A model generated the notes under the pieces. It ran no database searches and had not been told where the DNA came from. It saw nothing but the letters and a program-made list of their open reading frames with translations. From Synechococcus sp. Cruz-7E5 (GTDB lineage Bacteria; Cyanobacteriota; Cyanobacteriia; PCC-6307; Cyanobiaceae), in the NCBI RefSeq assembly GCF_024345995.1, contig NZ_JAGQCE010000003.1, forward strand, positions 112,759 to 144,758: a stretch of DNA of 32,000 nucleotides, given 5' to 3'. Shown here in pieces: positions 8,312 to 17,289 of the stretch (its first letter is position 1; every line of letters starts with the position of its first letter). A program made the position numbers and the translations under genes.

Positions 8312-10729
8312 TCACACCGCCAACGCCATAACCGGCACGAACGCCCCCGGTATCGCCCTGTGCAACCGCCAGCGAATCGCCATCGGCCGCTCGCCCTCGT
8401 GGCTCACGTAATCGGCAAAACCGAGGCAAAGAAACGGCAGCGTCACCCCGCCGCGCTTGTTCTCCTCCCGCACGAACAGCATCACCCGGCTGCCCCGCTC
8501 GGCGTGGTGGATGTAGCGCTGGCCCGTGGGTGAGGCTTGCCGCGTGTTGCTCTGGCTCTCCCAGTGGAACTCCCACGGGGAGATGGCGTAGTCGTTGTAG
8601 CGGGTGGTGGGGGAGAACAGGCTCTCGGACTTCTTGAGGGTGATGAAGAAGACGTCGCACTGGGTCACCTCATCGAACAACACCCCCTCACGGCCGGGGA
8701 AAGGCCGGGCGTCGTTAAGCAGGCCGAAGGCGGCGAACACCTCGGCGCGGGCATAGCGGCCGTGGAGTTTGAGGGGGATAGGGCTTGGATCGCTTCGGCC
8801 CCAGTCGAGCGGCGCCACCAGGTGGTCGGTGCGCTCGTGCAGGAGCGCGAACAGCTCCAACAGTTCGGCGCGGAGGGCGGCGGCAGCCCAGAGCCGGACG
8901 AGGGCCTCGGCCAGGGGCACGTGCTGCCGGCCGCTTCCCCACAGCTGGGCCATCAGCATGCGCCAGCTGCGCTCGGTGACGGGATCGAAGCCCGCCGGAT
9001 CGGGCGCGAGGTGCCGCTGCAGCTGATCCGCCAGCCAGCGCAACCGCTCGGGGTCATCCAGGTGCAGAAGGCCGCCAGCGATCCCCCGCCCCAGCCGCTT
9101 CTCATCGTCGCTGGGCTCCCCTGAGGCCGCCCCAGCCGCCACCCACCCCAACTCCCGCTGCAGCAAAGCCCACGACCCCGCCACCTTGTAAAACTCCACC
9201 AGCTCCATCCCAAGCCCCTCCAGCAACCCCGTCAGGGAACAGCGCCCGAGGCGCCGGGCTTCGGCGAGCAGCTGGGGCCTGCGCGTGGGCAACGACTCGC
9301 GCAGATTGGCCAGCACCCGCTCGCTCGACACCCGATCGAGCTGCAGGCTGCAGCCGGCCGGCAGGAAAGGAAAGCCCTCTTTGATTTGCTGCTCCAGCTG
9401 GTCGCGCGTGCCGCCGAGCAGGGCGCGGTAGCGCAGATCGAAGCGGAAGCTCCGGTGGGCCTGGCCGATGAAATCCAGCACTGTGAGGCAGCTCTTGCCG
9501 CGGCAGAGGCGCAGACCGCGGCCGAGCTGCTGCAGGAACACGATCGCGCTCTCGGTGGGCCGCAGGAACAGCACTGTGTCGATCTCGGGGATGTCGAGGC
9601 CTTCGTTGAACAGATCCACGGCGAACAGGATCTGCAGCTCACCGGAGCGCAGGCGGCGGATCTGCTCGGCGCGCTGCTCCCGGGGGCTGGAGGCATCCAG
9701 GGAAGCGGCGCGCAGGCCGGCGGCCACGAACTTGCGGGCCATCCAATGGGCGTGCTCCACCCTCACGCAGAAGCCCAGGGCCCGCATCGCTTCCAGGTTG
9801 GTGACCTTGTCTGCCAGTTCGCGCAGGATCAGGCGCAGGCGGGCGTCGTCGGCGGTGTAGAGGTTGGAGAGGGCCTCGGTGGCGTAGCCGTTGCGGCGCC
9901 ACTCGACCTGCGACAGGTCGGTGCCGTCGTGGAGGCCGAAGTAGTGGAACGGGCACAGCAGGCCCTGATCGAGGGCGCTCCAGAGGCGCAACTCGGCGGC
10001 GATGCGGCCGTCAAACCAATGGAGGATGTCCTCGCCGCCGGTGCGCTCGGGGGTGGCGGTGAGGCCCAGCAGCAGGGCGGGTTCTAGGTGGTGCAGCCAG
10101 CGCTCGTAGCTGGCGGAGGCGGCGTGGTGGAACTCATCGACGATCACCACGTCGAACGTGTCCGGCGCCAGGCCGGCCGGATCCAGCCCAGCGAGCGACT
10201 GCACCGAGGCGAACACATGGCGCCACTGGCTGGGGCGCTGGCCATCCACCAGCAGCTCGCCGAAGGAGCCATCGCGCAGCACCTGGCGGAAGGTGGCGAG
10301 GCTCTGCTGCAGGATCTCGCGCCGGTGGGCCACGAACAGCAGGCTCGGGTGACCCGGACCGCCCTGGCGGGCGTAATCAAGGGCGGCGACCACGGTTTTG
10401 CCCGTGCCGGTGGCGGCCACCACCAGGTTGCGCCAGCGGCCATGGAGGCTGCGCTCTGCCGAGAGCTTGTCGAGGATCTCCTGCTGGTAGGCGTAGGGGC
10501 GGATGTCGAAGAAGCTGAGCGGGGTGGCGTCGGACGCCGACTCCGCCTACACCGCCCGATCAAAACGCCGGCCTTCGATCTCGCTGGCGGCGTAGGGCTC
10601 GAATTCGCCTTCCTCCCAGTAGCTGTCGAAGGCGGCCTGGAACTTGGAGAGGACGCCGTCGTTGTCGTGGGCGGAGAGGCGCACGTTCCACTCCAGGCCG
10701 TCGTGCAGGGCGGCGGCCGTTTTTCAGGA
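8312..10729 (-). pseudogene. DEAD/DEAH-type helicase with DUF3427-like C-terminus; lacks the 5' PLD-like region and has an in-frame TAG at 10547-10549 (703-aa ORF at 8312-10423)
   Basis: Walker A ATGTGKT, VDEFHH box, LTATPERTGG, QQLGRGLRLCRGKSCLTVLDFIGQAHR. Sequence upstream of the TAG reads GLEWNVRLSAHDNDGVLSKFQAAFDSYWEEGEFEPYAASEIEGRRFDRAV. Confidence 0.85.
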
Positions 10730-10785
10730 GACCCTAATCATGGGTTGAATAAGTAACTTGGCGTGAAAACTTCTGTCGCGATTCG

Positions 10786-10847
10786 TCTGCATAGCCGCAT
10801 AATGCAGATATTGATAGACTGCTGTGGCTAGCCGCAAAACAGGCTAG
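10786..10847 (+). promoter_or_regulatory. Two small inverted repeats upstream of the restriction endonuclease candidate
   Basis: TCTGCAT-9nt-ATGCAGA (10786-10808) and CTAGCC-8nt-GGCTAG (10828-10847); ATG at 10856. Confidence 0.35.
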
Positions 10848-10855
10848 AAGTCCCC

Positions 10856-11971
10856 ATGACGCTTAAACTTGTGCCTTCAATCTATGAGGTCTACGGGTTC
10901 GGACCAAATGATAATACAGCTGAAGCGCAACAAGCTCGCTTTACTGCAACTTGTCCATTTATTGGCGGCAGGTGCGATGGAGGGGGCAATAGGCATCAAA
11001 CGAAGATAAAGCTAGGAACGTCTCCATTGAGAGATAATTTTGAGCCATCACTTGATTCCGTGGTTCCCGGAATTTGTTCAATTCAACACGGAGGTACAAT
11101 TTGGGTGGTCTGTCCGCGAAGGCTGCTTGGATTTGGCGGGAGTCCCGATTCAGCTCAAGTCAACTATGCACTACAAGAGCATGAAAAAGAAGCACTTCTA
11201 GCCTCAGGTTTGCCGGCTGGTATTGAACTAGGTGTTTGGGCCGAAGTGTACCTTAACTATGGAGACGATGAAACTACAATTAACTACCACTTTGACTTTG
11301 TCATTTCCGAGCTTCATCGGAATGCCAGTTTTCATGAGATGATTGGAAGTTACGGAGCCATTGAAGATGCTGAGCATATTGATCTTGTTGCCGCAGCAAG
11401 AAAGGGGCAGTATATCCAAGGTCGCCTAGATCAAAATGCTCCGATAAGCGTGCTTCCTAATTTACAGCACCCATATATCATTGAAGTAATGACAGCGAGT
11501 ACTTCGGGTTCAGACACAAGTGCTGGAACCGACATAGCATCATCATTCAGTGACGCTATTCTTGGAAGAAGCCACAGTTGTCCGGGTATTAATAAGCGTC
11601 AAGTTTGGGGAAGAATGGCGACCCAGCTATTTGCAAAGTCTGCTTTAGCAGACGCTTGGGGCGGCAAGACTGTTTGGGTTGTTCAAGATGAACTTCTAAA
11701 GAATATAGCATTAACAACAAAGCTTGGAATGATGACTGACGGTAATATTGGAGGCGTTGACAAAATTAGCTTTGTAGGCTTGAGCTATAGAAAAGAAGAT
11801 GAAGATGGATGCTCTATGCAAGTTGTCGGCTTGCATGAAAAGAGGTCTGGACTTGATTTTGCAGGCAGTGGAAAGTGTGTGGATATACTTTTGCCAAAAG
11901 TATATCCATGCAAAAAGGAGTTGCTAAAGTCTGTTCTCAGAAGAAAACTTTCCGCCTTAATAGTACTGTAG
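10856..11971 (+). CDS. NotI-like Type II restriction endonuclease candidate (371 aa)
   Basis: Cys-rich FTATCPFIGGRCDGGGNRHQTKIKLG and GICSIQHGGTIWVVCPRRLLG resemble the NotI family; convergent with a C5-methyltransferase. Confidence 0.72.
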   Translation: MTLKLVPSIYEVYGFGPNDNTAEAQQARFTATCPFIGGRCDGGGNRHQTKIKLGTSPLRDNFEPSLDSVVPGICSIQHGGTIWVVCPRRLLGFGGSPDSAQVNYALQEHEKEALLASGLPAGIELGVWAEVYLNYGDDETTINYHFDFVISELHRNASFHEMIGSYGAIEDAEHIDLVAAARKGQYIQGRLDQNAPISVLPNLQHPYIIEVMTASTSGSDTSAGTDIASSFSDAILGRSHSCPGINKRQVWGRMATQLFAKSALADAWGGKTVWVVQDELLKNIALTTKLGMMTDGNIGGVDKISFVGLSYRKEDEDGCSMQVVGLHEKRSGLDFAGSGKCVDILLPKVYPCKKELLKSVLRRKLSALIVL

Positions 11972-11976
11972 ATATC

Positions 11977-13077
11977 TCAAGAAATCAGTCGCTTAATCTG
12001 CTCCCCAACTGCATGTGCCAACGGCGGAGGTACAGCATTTGCTACGAGCCGGTGTTGATCAAGGTCCCGCACAGTTCCAGTTCTTGCACGGATCGGTCCA
12101 AAAAGCATATGTGAATCCGGAAAGCCATGTAGTCTCATGTATTCACGCGGAGTGAGATATCTATTGTCGGATGGATGGTAAAAGGCCTCGCCACCCCTCA
12201 ATGTAAGAGCTGGCTTACTCCACGACATTCTCCGAAACTTAGTGGTATCTTTTTCCGGATCAAGCCTCATTCGCTGATCTTTAGGCAAGTGGAATTGCCT
12301 TGCGAGGCATTCGCCTTCGGGAACACCATTGATTCTCTCCTGATCACGTTTTGGAGTGATGTCAACATGGCTAGGAACAACGGGGGTTCCGTCACCCTTT
12401 CTACAGGGCTTTGGCAAGTCCGATATCGCATCGCCAACTGTAAGATATGGAAGCAGATCGTTGAACAGGCTAGTTTGCGCACTGGCCCTGCTTGAATCGA
12501 AATGCGTAGGCTCGGGAAAGTCAAAATCGGTTAAGTCTCTCATCGCCAGTATAATTACACGGTCCCTAAGTTGAGGAGTCCCATAATCAGCAGCTCGAAG
12601 TACGCGGTACTTTACGCAATACCCAATTTCATTGAGCGATTGGATAAGGGATGCAAGAACAGAGCCACTCTTGCCGTCCTTTCCCTTCGCACTGAGTAAG
12701 CCTTTCACCTGTTCAATTAGAACAGCCTTGGGGCGAAAAGCTTTTGCGTATTCCAACATTTGATACAACAGAATACCTCTGTCGTCTTCAACAGATTTTC
12801 TACTACCAATTAGAGAAAAAGACTGACATGGGGGTCCGCCTGCAAGCAAGTCTAGTTCTCCAGATGTGATCCCCAGATCATCAAGCAGTTGGTTAGGCCT
12901 AAAGTCCCGAATGTCCCCGCCAAGCAGGGGGGTTATCCCTTTTTGCTTGCACCAGTGTTGAAGAGTTAGAAAGGCATGTTTGTCGACTTCACTGCAAAAT
13001 ATAGGTGCAAATCCAGCTCTGTGCAGACCCTCATCAAGTCCACCAATTCCACTAAAAAGTGAGATAGCAGTGAGCAC
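11977..13077 (-). CDS. C5-cytosine DNA methyltransferase (366 aa)
   Basis: AISLFSGIGGLDEGLHRAGF, GGPPCQSFSLIG, LIEQVKG, TPQLRDRVIILAM, PALTLRGG, TPREYMRLHGFPD, QHRLVANAVPPPLA. Confidence 0.96.
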   Translation of the reverse strand: MLTAISLFSGIGGLDEGLHRAGFAPIFCSEVDKHAFLTLQHWCKQKGITPLLGGDIRDFRPNQLLDDLGITSGELDLLAGGPPCQSFSLIGSRKSVEDDRGILLYQMLEYAKAFRPKAVLIEQVKGLLSAKGKDGKSGSVLASLIQSLNEIGYCVKYRVLRAADYGTPQLRDRVIILAMRDLTDFDFPEPTHFDSSRASAQTSLFNDLLPYLTVGDAISDLPKPCRKGDGTPVVPSHVDITPKRDQERINGVPEGECLARQFHLPKDQRMRLDPEKDTTKFRRMSWSKPALTLRGGEAFYHPSDNRYLTPREYMRLHGFPDSHMLFGPIRARTGTVRDLDQHRLVANAVPPPLAHAVGEQIKRLIS

Positions 13078-13277
13078 GGGATCACGCAGGTCAGAGCAAC
13101 AGTAGCACAGATGTACTCCCTAGTCAAGCTGGTGCCCCTTGGCTATACACAAACTTTCATTGAGGCGTGCATCCTGGCAGTCCATCATAGCCATTCACCT
13201 GATCCGCTACCGCGGGGTCCCTGCCATCACAGCATCATTCTGAGGCCAGGTGATGGCAGGCATTCGACAATTCAGTC

Positions 13278-13750
13278 TCAATACCCCTGCTTTCTAGCAA
13301 TTACCCCCCGCACCCCACCCCGCGGCTGCTCGCAATCCCCCTCCCGCCGTGGAATCAGATGCCAGTGCGCATGAAACAACGTCTGCCCCGCCGCCTCGCT
13401 TGAGTTCAGCCCCCCTCATGCGTTGAGCAAACCAGCCCAGCCGCTGATCGTGGCGTCCTGGGCACGCAGCTTGCTCCACCACGGCGTTCCACTCCGGCTG
13501 GTGCAGCTCCAGCCCGTCGGCCCCATGACGACGCGGGATCACCAGGCTGTGCCCCTCGCTCACGGGATAGGCATCGGCGATGCACAGCGCCAGCTCGTTC
13601 TTCAGCAGCACCCGGCCACAGCCCTCCAGCGCGCAGAACACACAGTCCGCTTCGCGGTGGCCGTAGCTGGCCTGCATACCGCGGAAGCAGAACGCCTGCA
13701 GGTTGCTGATGGCGGCGGAACCGCCATGGTTCCTAGGTGCTCCCATATCC
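13278..13750 (-). pseudogene. 3' half of an HNH-HIT fusion gene, frameshifted (copy A)
   Basis: RNHGGSAAISNLQAFCFR (HNH tail), CVFCALEGCGRVLLKNELALCIADAYPVSEGHSLVIPRRHGADGL, then TLFHAHWHLIPRREGDCEQPRGGVRGVIARKQGY*. Confidence 0.88.
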
Positions 13751-13840
13751 AGGGCCAAGCTGGGTGCTCTAAGTGCCAGTGTGCATCAATCCGGCGTATA
13801 ACAAGCGGGAAAGATGGTATCCAAAGCGTCTCGAGAAATG

Positions 13841-14686
13841 GCTACTGACTGGTCAAGAGAGGAAGTCGCAGCAACCGTGGCGGACTACTTCGCCATGCTT
13901 GCTGCTGAACTCTCCGGGGTTCCTTACAATAAAGCAGCTCACCGGCGTGCGCTGATTAAGCGCCTCTCAGTTCGTTCGGCGCAGTCCGTTGAGTTCAAAC
14001 ATGCGAATATCAGTGCCGTACTGATTGACCTGGGATTCCCTTATATTACTGGTTACAAGCCTCGATCCAACTATCAAGGCCTGCTGCATGACGTTGTTTC
14101 CGAGAGGCTTGTATCTGATAGCCAGCTCCTGAATGTTGCGGCCGCAGATGCTGACAGGCCGATCGTGGTGCCGGAAGTTGAAGACATTCTTGGAGTGCTC
14201 ACCACACCTCCAGCCATGCAGTCCGGAGACAAGGAACCTGGTAGAGGAAGTATTCAGGCAACGCGGGCATGTATCTCAGTCAACTACTTGGAGAGAGAAG
14301 CGCGTAATCGCTCGCTTGGTACTGCTGGTGAGCTCTTTGTCTTGAACTTTGAGCGTGCAAGGCTGATCAACCTTGGCAAAGAAAGGCTAGCCGAGAAAGT
14401 CGAGCACACATCGCAAACGCGCGGCGACGGGGCCGGCTTTGACATTCTCTCTTATGAGGAGACTGGCGCCGATAGGCTCATTGAAGTAAAAACAACAAAG
14501 TATGGACGAGAAACTCCGTTCTTCGTGTCCAGAAACGAGCTTGCGGTGTCAGAATCAGAAGCATCTCGTTACTATCTCTACCGTTTGTTTGGATTCAATG
14601 TTAAGCCTCGTCTTTTCACCCTTGCTGGCGCCTTCTCGGAATCATGCAGGCTTTCTCCTTCAAGCTATCTGGCATCCGTTATCTGA
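13841..14686 (+). CDS. DUF3883-type protein, possible nuclease (ORF opens at 13814)
   Basis: NRSLGTAGELFVLNFERARL...GAGFDILSYEETGADRLIEVKTTKYGRETPFFVSRNELAVSE, a DUF3883-like domain with D...ExK-like spacing. Confidence 0.82.
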   Translation, partial: ATDWSREEVAATVADYFAMLAAELSGVPYNKAAHRRALIKRLSVRSAQSVEFKHANISAVLIDLGFPYITGYKPRSNYQGLLHDVVSERLVSDSQLLNVAAADADRPIVVPEVEDILGVLTTPPAMQSGDKEPGRGSIQATRACISVNYLEREARNRSLGTAGELFVLNFERARLINLGKERLAEKVEHTSQTRGDGAGFDILSYEETGADRLIEVKTTKYGRETPFFVSRNELAVSESEASRYYLYRLFGFNVKPRLFTLAGAFSESCRLSPSSYLASVI

Positions 14687-14716
14687 TCTCTTTGATGCTG
14701 GTCTACAGAGCACATC

Positions 14717-15552
14717 TCAATAGCTCCGATGCTCCGCAATCACCCCACGCGCCCCACCTCTCGGCTCCTCGCAATCCCCCTCCCGCCTCGGAATCAGATG
14801 CCAGTGCGGATGAAACACCGTCTGCCCCGCCGCCTCGCCTGAGTTCAGCCTCCCTCTTGCGTTGAGCAAACCAGCCCAGCCGCTGATCGTGGCGTCCTGG
14901 GCACGCAGCTGCTCCCGTCGCAGCTTCAGTAGCTCCACCACGGCGTTCCACTCCGGCTGGTGCAGCTCCAGCCCGTCGGCCCCATGACGGCGCGGGATCA
15001 CCAGGCTGTGCCCCTCGTTCTCCAGCAGCACCCGTCCGCTGTCCTCCAGCGAGCAGAACACACAGCCTGCTTCGCAGTGGCCGTAGCCGGCCTAGACGCC
15101 GCGGAAGTCGGTGCGCCCTCTTGCGTAGGCACACAGCCGTCGCGCTTGCCGGCGTTGCAGCGGAAGCAGAGCGCCTGCAGGTTGCTGATGGGGCCAGAGC
15201 CGCCCTGGTTCCTGGGGATGGTGTGGTCCACCTCCAGGGCCCGATGGTGCTCGCGGAAGGCATCGAGGCGCTGGCGGCAGAGCTCCAGCAGCGCGTCGCG
15301 CTCGCCATCGCTCAACGCGTCGCCGCCGATCAGGCAGTCGTGGCGATCGCCATAGGCGGTGATGCCGATGAAGGTGAACCCGGCCCACCATGCGCTTGCC
15401 AGGATCCGGCAGGCGATGTCCTGCGCTGGGGCCTGGCTGCGGCGGCCCAGCAGCTCCATGAGCAGCAACGCTTGGTCGATGGGGGTCATGCGCATGCGTT
15501 CGGCGATGAACTGCCGCAGGCGCAGGTAGGTGGCGGAGGGGGGCGGGGGCAT
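14717..15552 (-). pseudogene. Near full-length HNH-HIT gene, disrupted between domains (copy B)
   Basis: MPPPPSATYLRLRQFIAERMRMTPIDQALLLMELLG...RALEVDHTIPRNQGGSGPISNLQALCFRCNAGKRDG, then in another frame CVFCSLEDSGRVLLENEGHSLVIPRRHG...VFHPHWHLIPRREGDCEEPRGGARGVIAEHRSY*. Confidence 0.88.
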
Positions 15553-15698
15553 GGGGCCATCCTGGCCGGGTGAGACGGGGGTGGCACTTGTAAAGGGAGG
15601 AAACACAGGTCAGCCAGGTCGCCATGTCCAGCTCGCGATCACCCGAGCCCTTTGCCACCGCCTTGCATGCCTACGCACCACGTTGGTAGAGTCTCGAT

Positions 15699-15992
15699 GT
15701 GATCAGGTCGTTTCGTTGCCGCGACACCCAGGCCCTCTTTGAAGGGAAGCCAGGGCGCCGCTTTGGAGGCTTCGCTCGTGTGGCGTTCCGCAAGCTCGCC
15801 ATCCTCGACGCCGCCGGATGCCTCAACGATCTGAAGATCCCACCGGGCAATCGCCTGGAGCCGCTCAGGGGGAACCGCCATGGCCAGCACAGGGCCTGTC
15901 TCTGAAAACAGTGCATCAACGACCAGTTCAGACTCTGCTTTGTCTGGACGGAAGCCGGGCCAGAGGAGGTCGAGATCGTTGACTACCACTGA
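15699..15992 (+). pseudogene. higB: HigB/RelE-like toxin with in-frame TGA at 15903-15905
   Basis: MIRSFRCRDTQALFEGKPG...LEPLRGNRHGQHRACL*KQCINDQFRLCFVWTEAGPEEVEIVDYH*, all one frame. Confidence 0.85.
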
Positions 15993-15996
15993 CGTG

Positions 15997-16281
15997 ATGC
16001 TCGTGCCACCTGGCGAGGTGCTGCTGGAGGAGTTCCTGCGGCCCATGGGAATCAGCCAGTACCGGTTGGCGCTGGCGATCGGTGTGCCGGAGAGCCGCAT
16101 CAACGCGATCGTGAAGGGCAAACGGGCAATCACTGCCGACACCGATCTGCGCCTGTGCCGTTTCTTCGGCCTGAGCGAGGGCTTCTGGCTGCGGATGCAA
16201 GGGAGCCACGATCTGAAGCTGGCGAAGCAGGCCCTGGAAAGCGTGCTGCCGACGATCGAGCCAATTCAGCCAATGTTGTGA
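15997..16281 (+). CDS. higA: HigA-like XRE-family antitoxin (94 aa)
   Basis: PPGEVLLEEFLRPMGISQYRLALAIGVPESRINAIVKGKRAITADTDLRLCRFFGLSEGFWLRMQ. Confidence 0.92.
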   Translation: MLVPPGEVLLEEFLRPMGISQYRLALAIGVPESRINAIVKGKRAITADTDLRLCRFFGLSEGFWLRMQGSHDLKLAKQALESVLPTIEPIQPML

Positions 16282-16289
16282 GCACGGGT

Positions 16290-16502
16290 TGCGGTTCAGT
16301 GGCAGCAGCTGGTCGCGCTCGGCGTCGCTCAGCTCTACTGCTACGCAGAAGCCTTCGGCTACGCCGCCCACCAGGGCGTAGGTGCCCTTCTCGCAGCGGG
16401 TGATGCCGTTGAAGGTGAACCTTGCCCACCATGCGCTCCCCAGGATCCGGCGGGCCACGTCCTGCGCCGGGGCCGGTAGGTGGCGGATGGGGGCGGGGGC
16501 AT
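16290..16502 (-). pseudogene. 5' fragment of the HNH-HIT gene with internal deletion (copy C)
   Basis: APAQDVARRILGSAWWARFTFNGIT... ELSDAERDQLL, then divergence. Confidence 0.85.
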
Positions 16503-16582
16503 GGAGTGATGGTGGCGGCTGCCGCCCCAGCCCCCACCCAAATACTGATGACAAAAGGCACACAGGGTCTTAGGGTGTTGCC

Positions 16583-16864
16583 ATGAAGCCCTTTCGCTGG
16601 AGCGCAGGCAAGAACGAGGTCCTTCAGCTTCAACGAGGTGTTTCCTTTGAGGCCGTGGTGGTCGCTATCGAATCCGGTGATCTGCTCGACATCGTTGAGC
16701 ATCCGAACCAGGCCCGCTACCCAGGCCAGTGCATTCTTGTCGTTCTGATCTCCGGCTATGTCCATCTGGTGCCATATGTCGAGGCCGACGATCACCTCTT
16801 TCTCAAAACCATCATTCCCAGCCGCAAAGCCACCATCGCCTACCGCCCAGGAGACGCACCATGA
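16583..16864 (+). CDS. BrnT-like toxin candidate
   Basis: MKPFRWSAGKNEVLQLQRGVSFEAVVVAIESGDLLDIVEHPNQARYPGQ...FLKTIIPSRKATIAY; paired with a CopG-like ORF via ATGA overlap. Confidence 0.75.
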   Translation: MKPFRWSAGKNEVLQLQRGVSFEAVVVAIESGDLLDIVEHPNQARYPGQCILVVLISGYVHLVPYVEADDHLFLKTIIPSRKATIAYRPGDAP

Positions 16865-17130
16865 ACCCCCTTGATCACGAAGAGCAGGAGATCCTGGAAG
16901 CCTTCGAAGCGGGCACTCTCCGTTCAGTGGCTACGGCTGCAGAGCGCTCCCGCCTGGAAGCCTCCGCAAGGTCAACGGCCAGCAAGGATCAGCGCATCAA
17001 CATTCGCCTCACCAGTGAGGATCTAGGCGCCTTGCGTGCCCGTGCCCTGCAGGAGGGTATTCCCTACCAGACCCTGATCAGCAGTGTCCTTCACAAGTAC
17101 GTGAGCGGCAGGCTTCTCGATCGACCCTGA
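16861..17130 (+). CDS. CopG/BrnA-like antitoxin
   Basis: KDQRINIRLTSEDLGALRARALQEGIPYQTLISSVLHKYVSGRL, ribbon-helix-helix-like. Confidence 0.8.
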   Translation: MNPLDHEEQEILEAFEAGTLRSVATAAERSRLEASARSTASKDQRINIRLTSEDLGALRARALQEGIPYQTLISSVLHKYVSGRLLDRP

Positions 17131-17152
17131 GCGTGTGGAGCTTCGTGGTTTC

Positions 17153-17220
17153 GGGCGGCCCGTCAGGCTGGCGTCCCTGCTGGGATCTCTTCTGGCGTGG
17201 GCGCGTGGCGGCTGCAGCCA
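17153..17220. repeat. Short imperfect repeat, partner of 19109-19176
   Basis: 'gggcggcccgtcaggctggcgtccctgctgggatctcttctggcgtgggcg' vs 'gggcggctcgtcaggctggcgcccctgctgggatcccttctggtgtggggg'. Confidence 0.8.
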
Positions 17221-17289
17221 ACCCGGCTGCGGGTGTGGCTGTGCCGCCCCAGTCCCCTTCAGCCGCAAGACCGGTGGGCAGGCCACGGT

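Noticed and set aside
4199-8440. Regular short repeats considered as a CRISPR array.
   Set aside because: Spacing is hundreds to thousands of bases, the spacers are genes, and the repeats encode a protein C-terminus of varying length.
2165-10729. Left array considered as an integron cassette array.
   Set aside because: The repeats are coding fragments of one helicase gene, tail orientation is constant while module orientation varies, and no intI or attC-like palindromes were seen.
9386-10756. Plus-strand ORFs 9386-10087 and 10088-10756.
   Set aside because: Antisense to the helicase coding sequence, with no recognisable motifs and Gly/Ala/Arg-rich composition.
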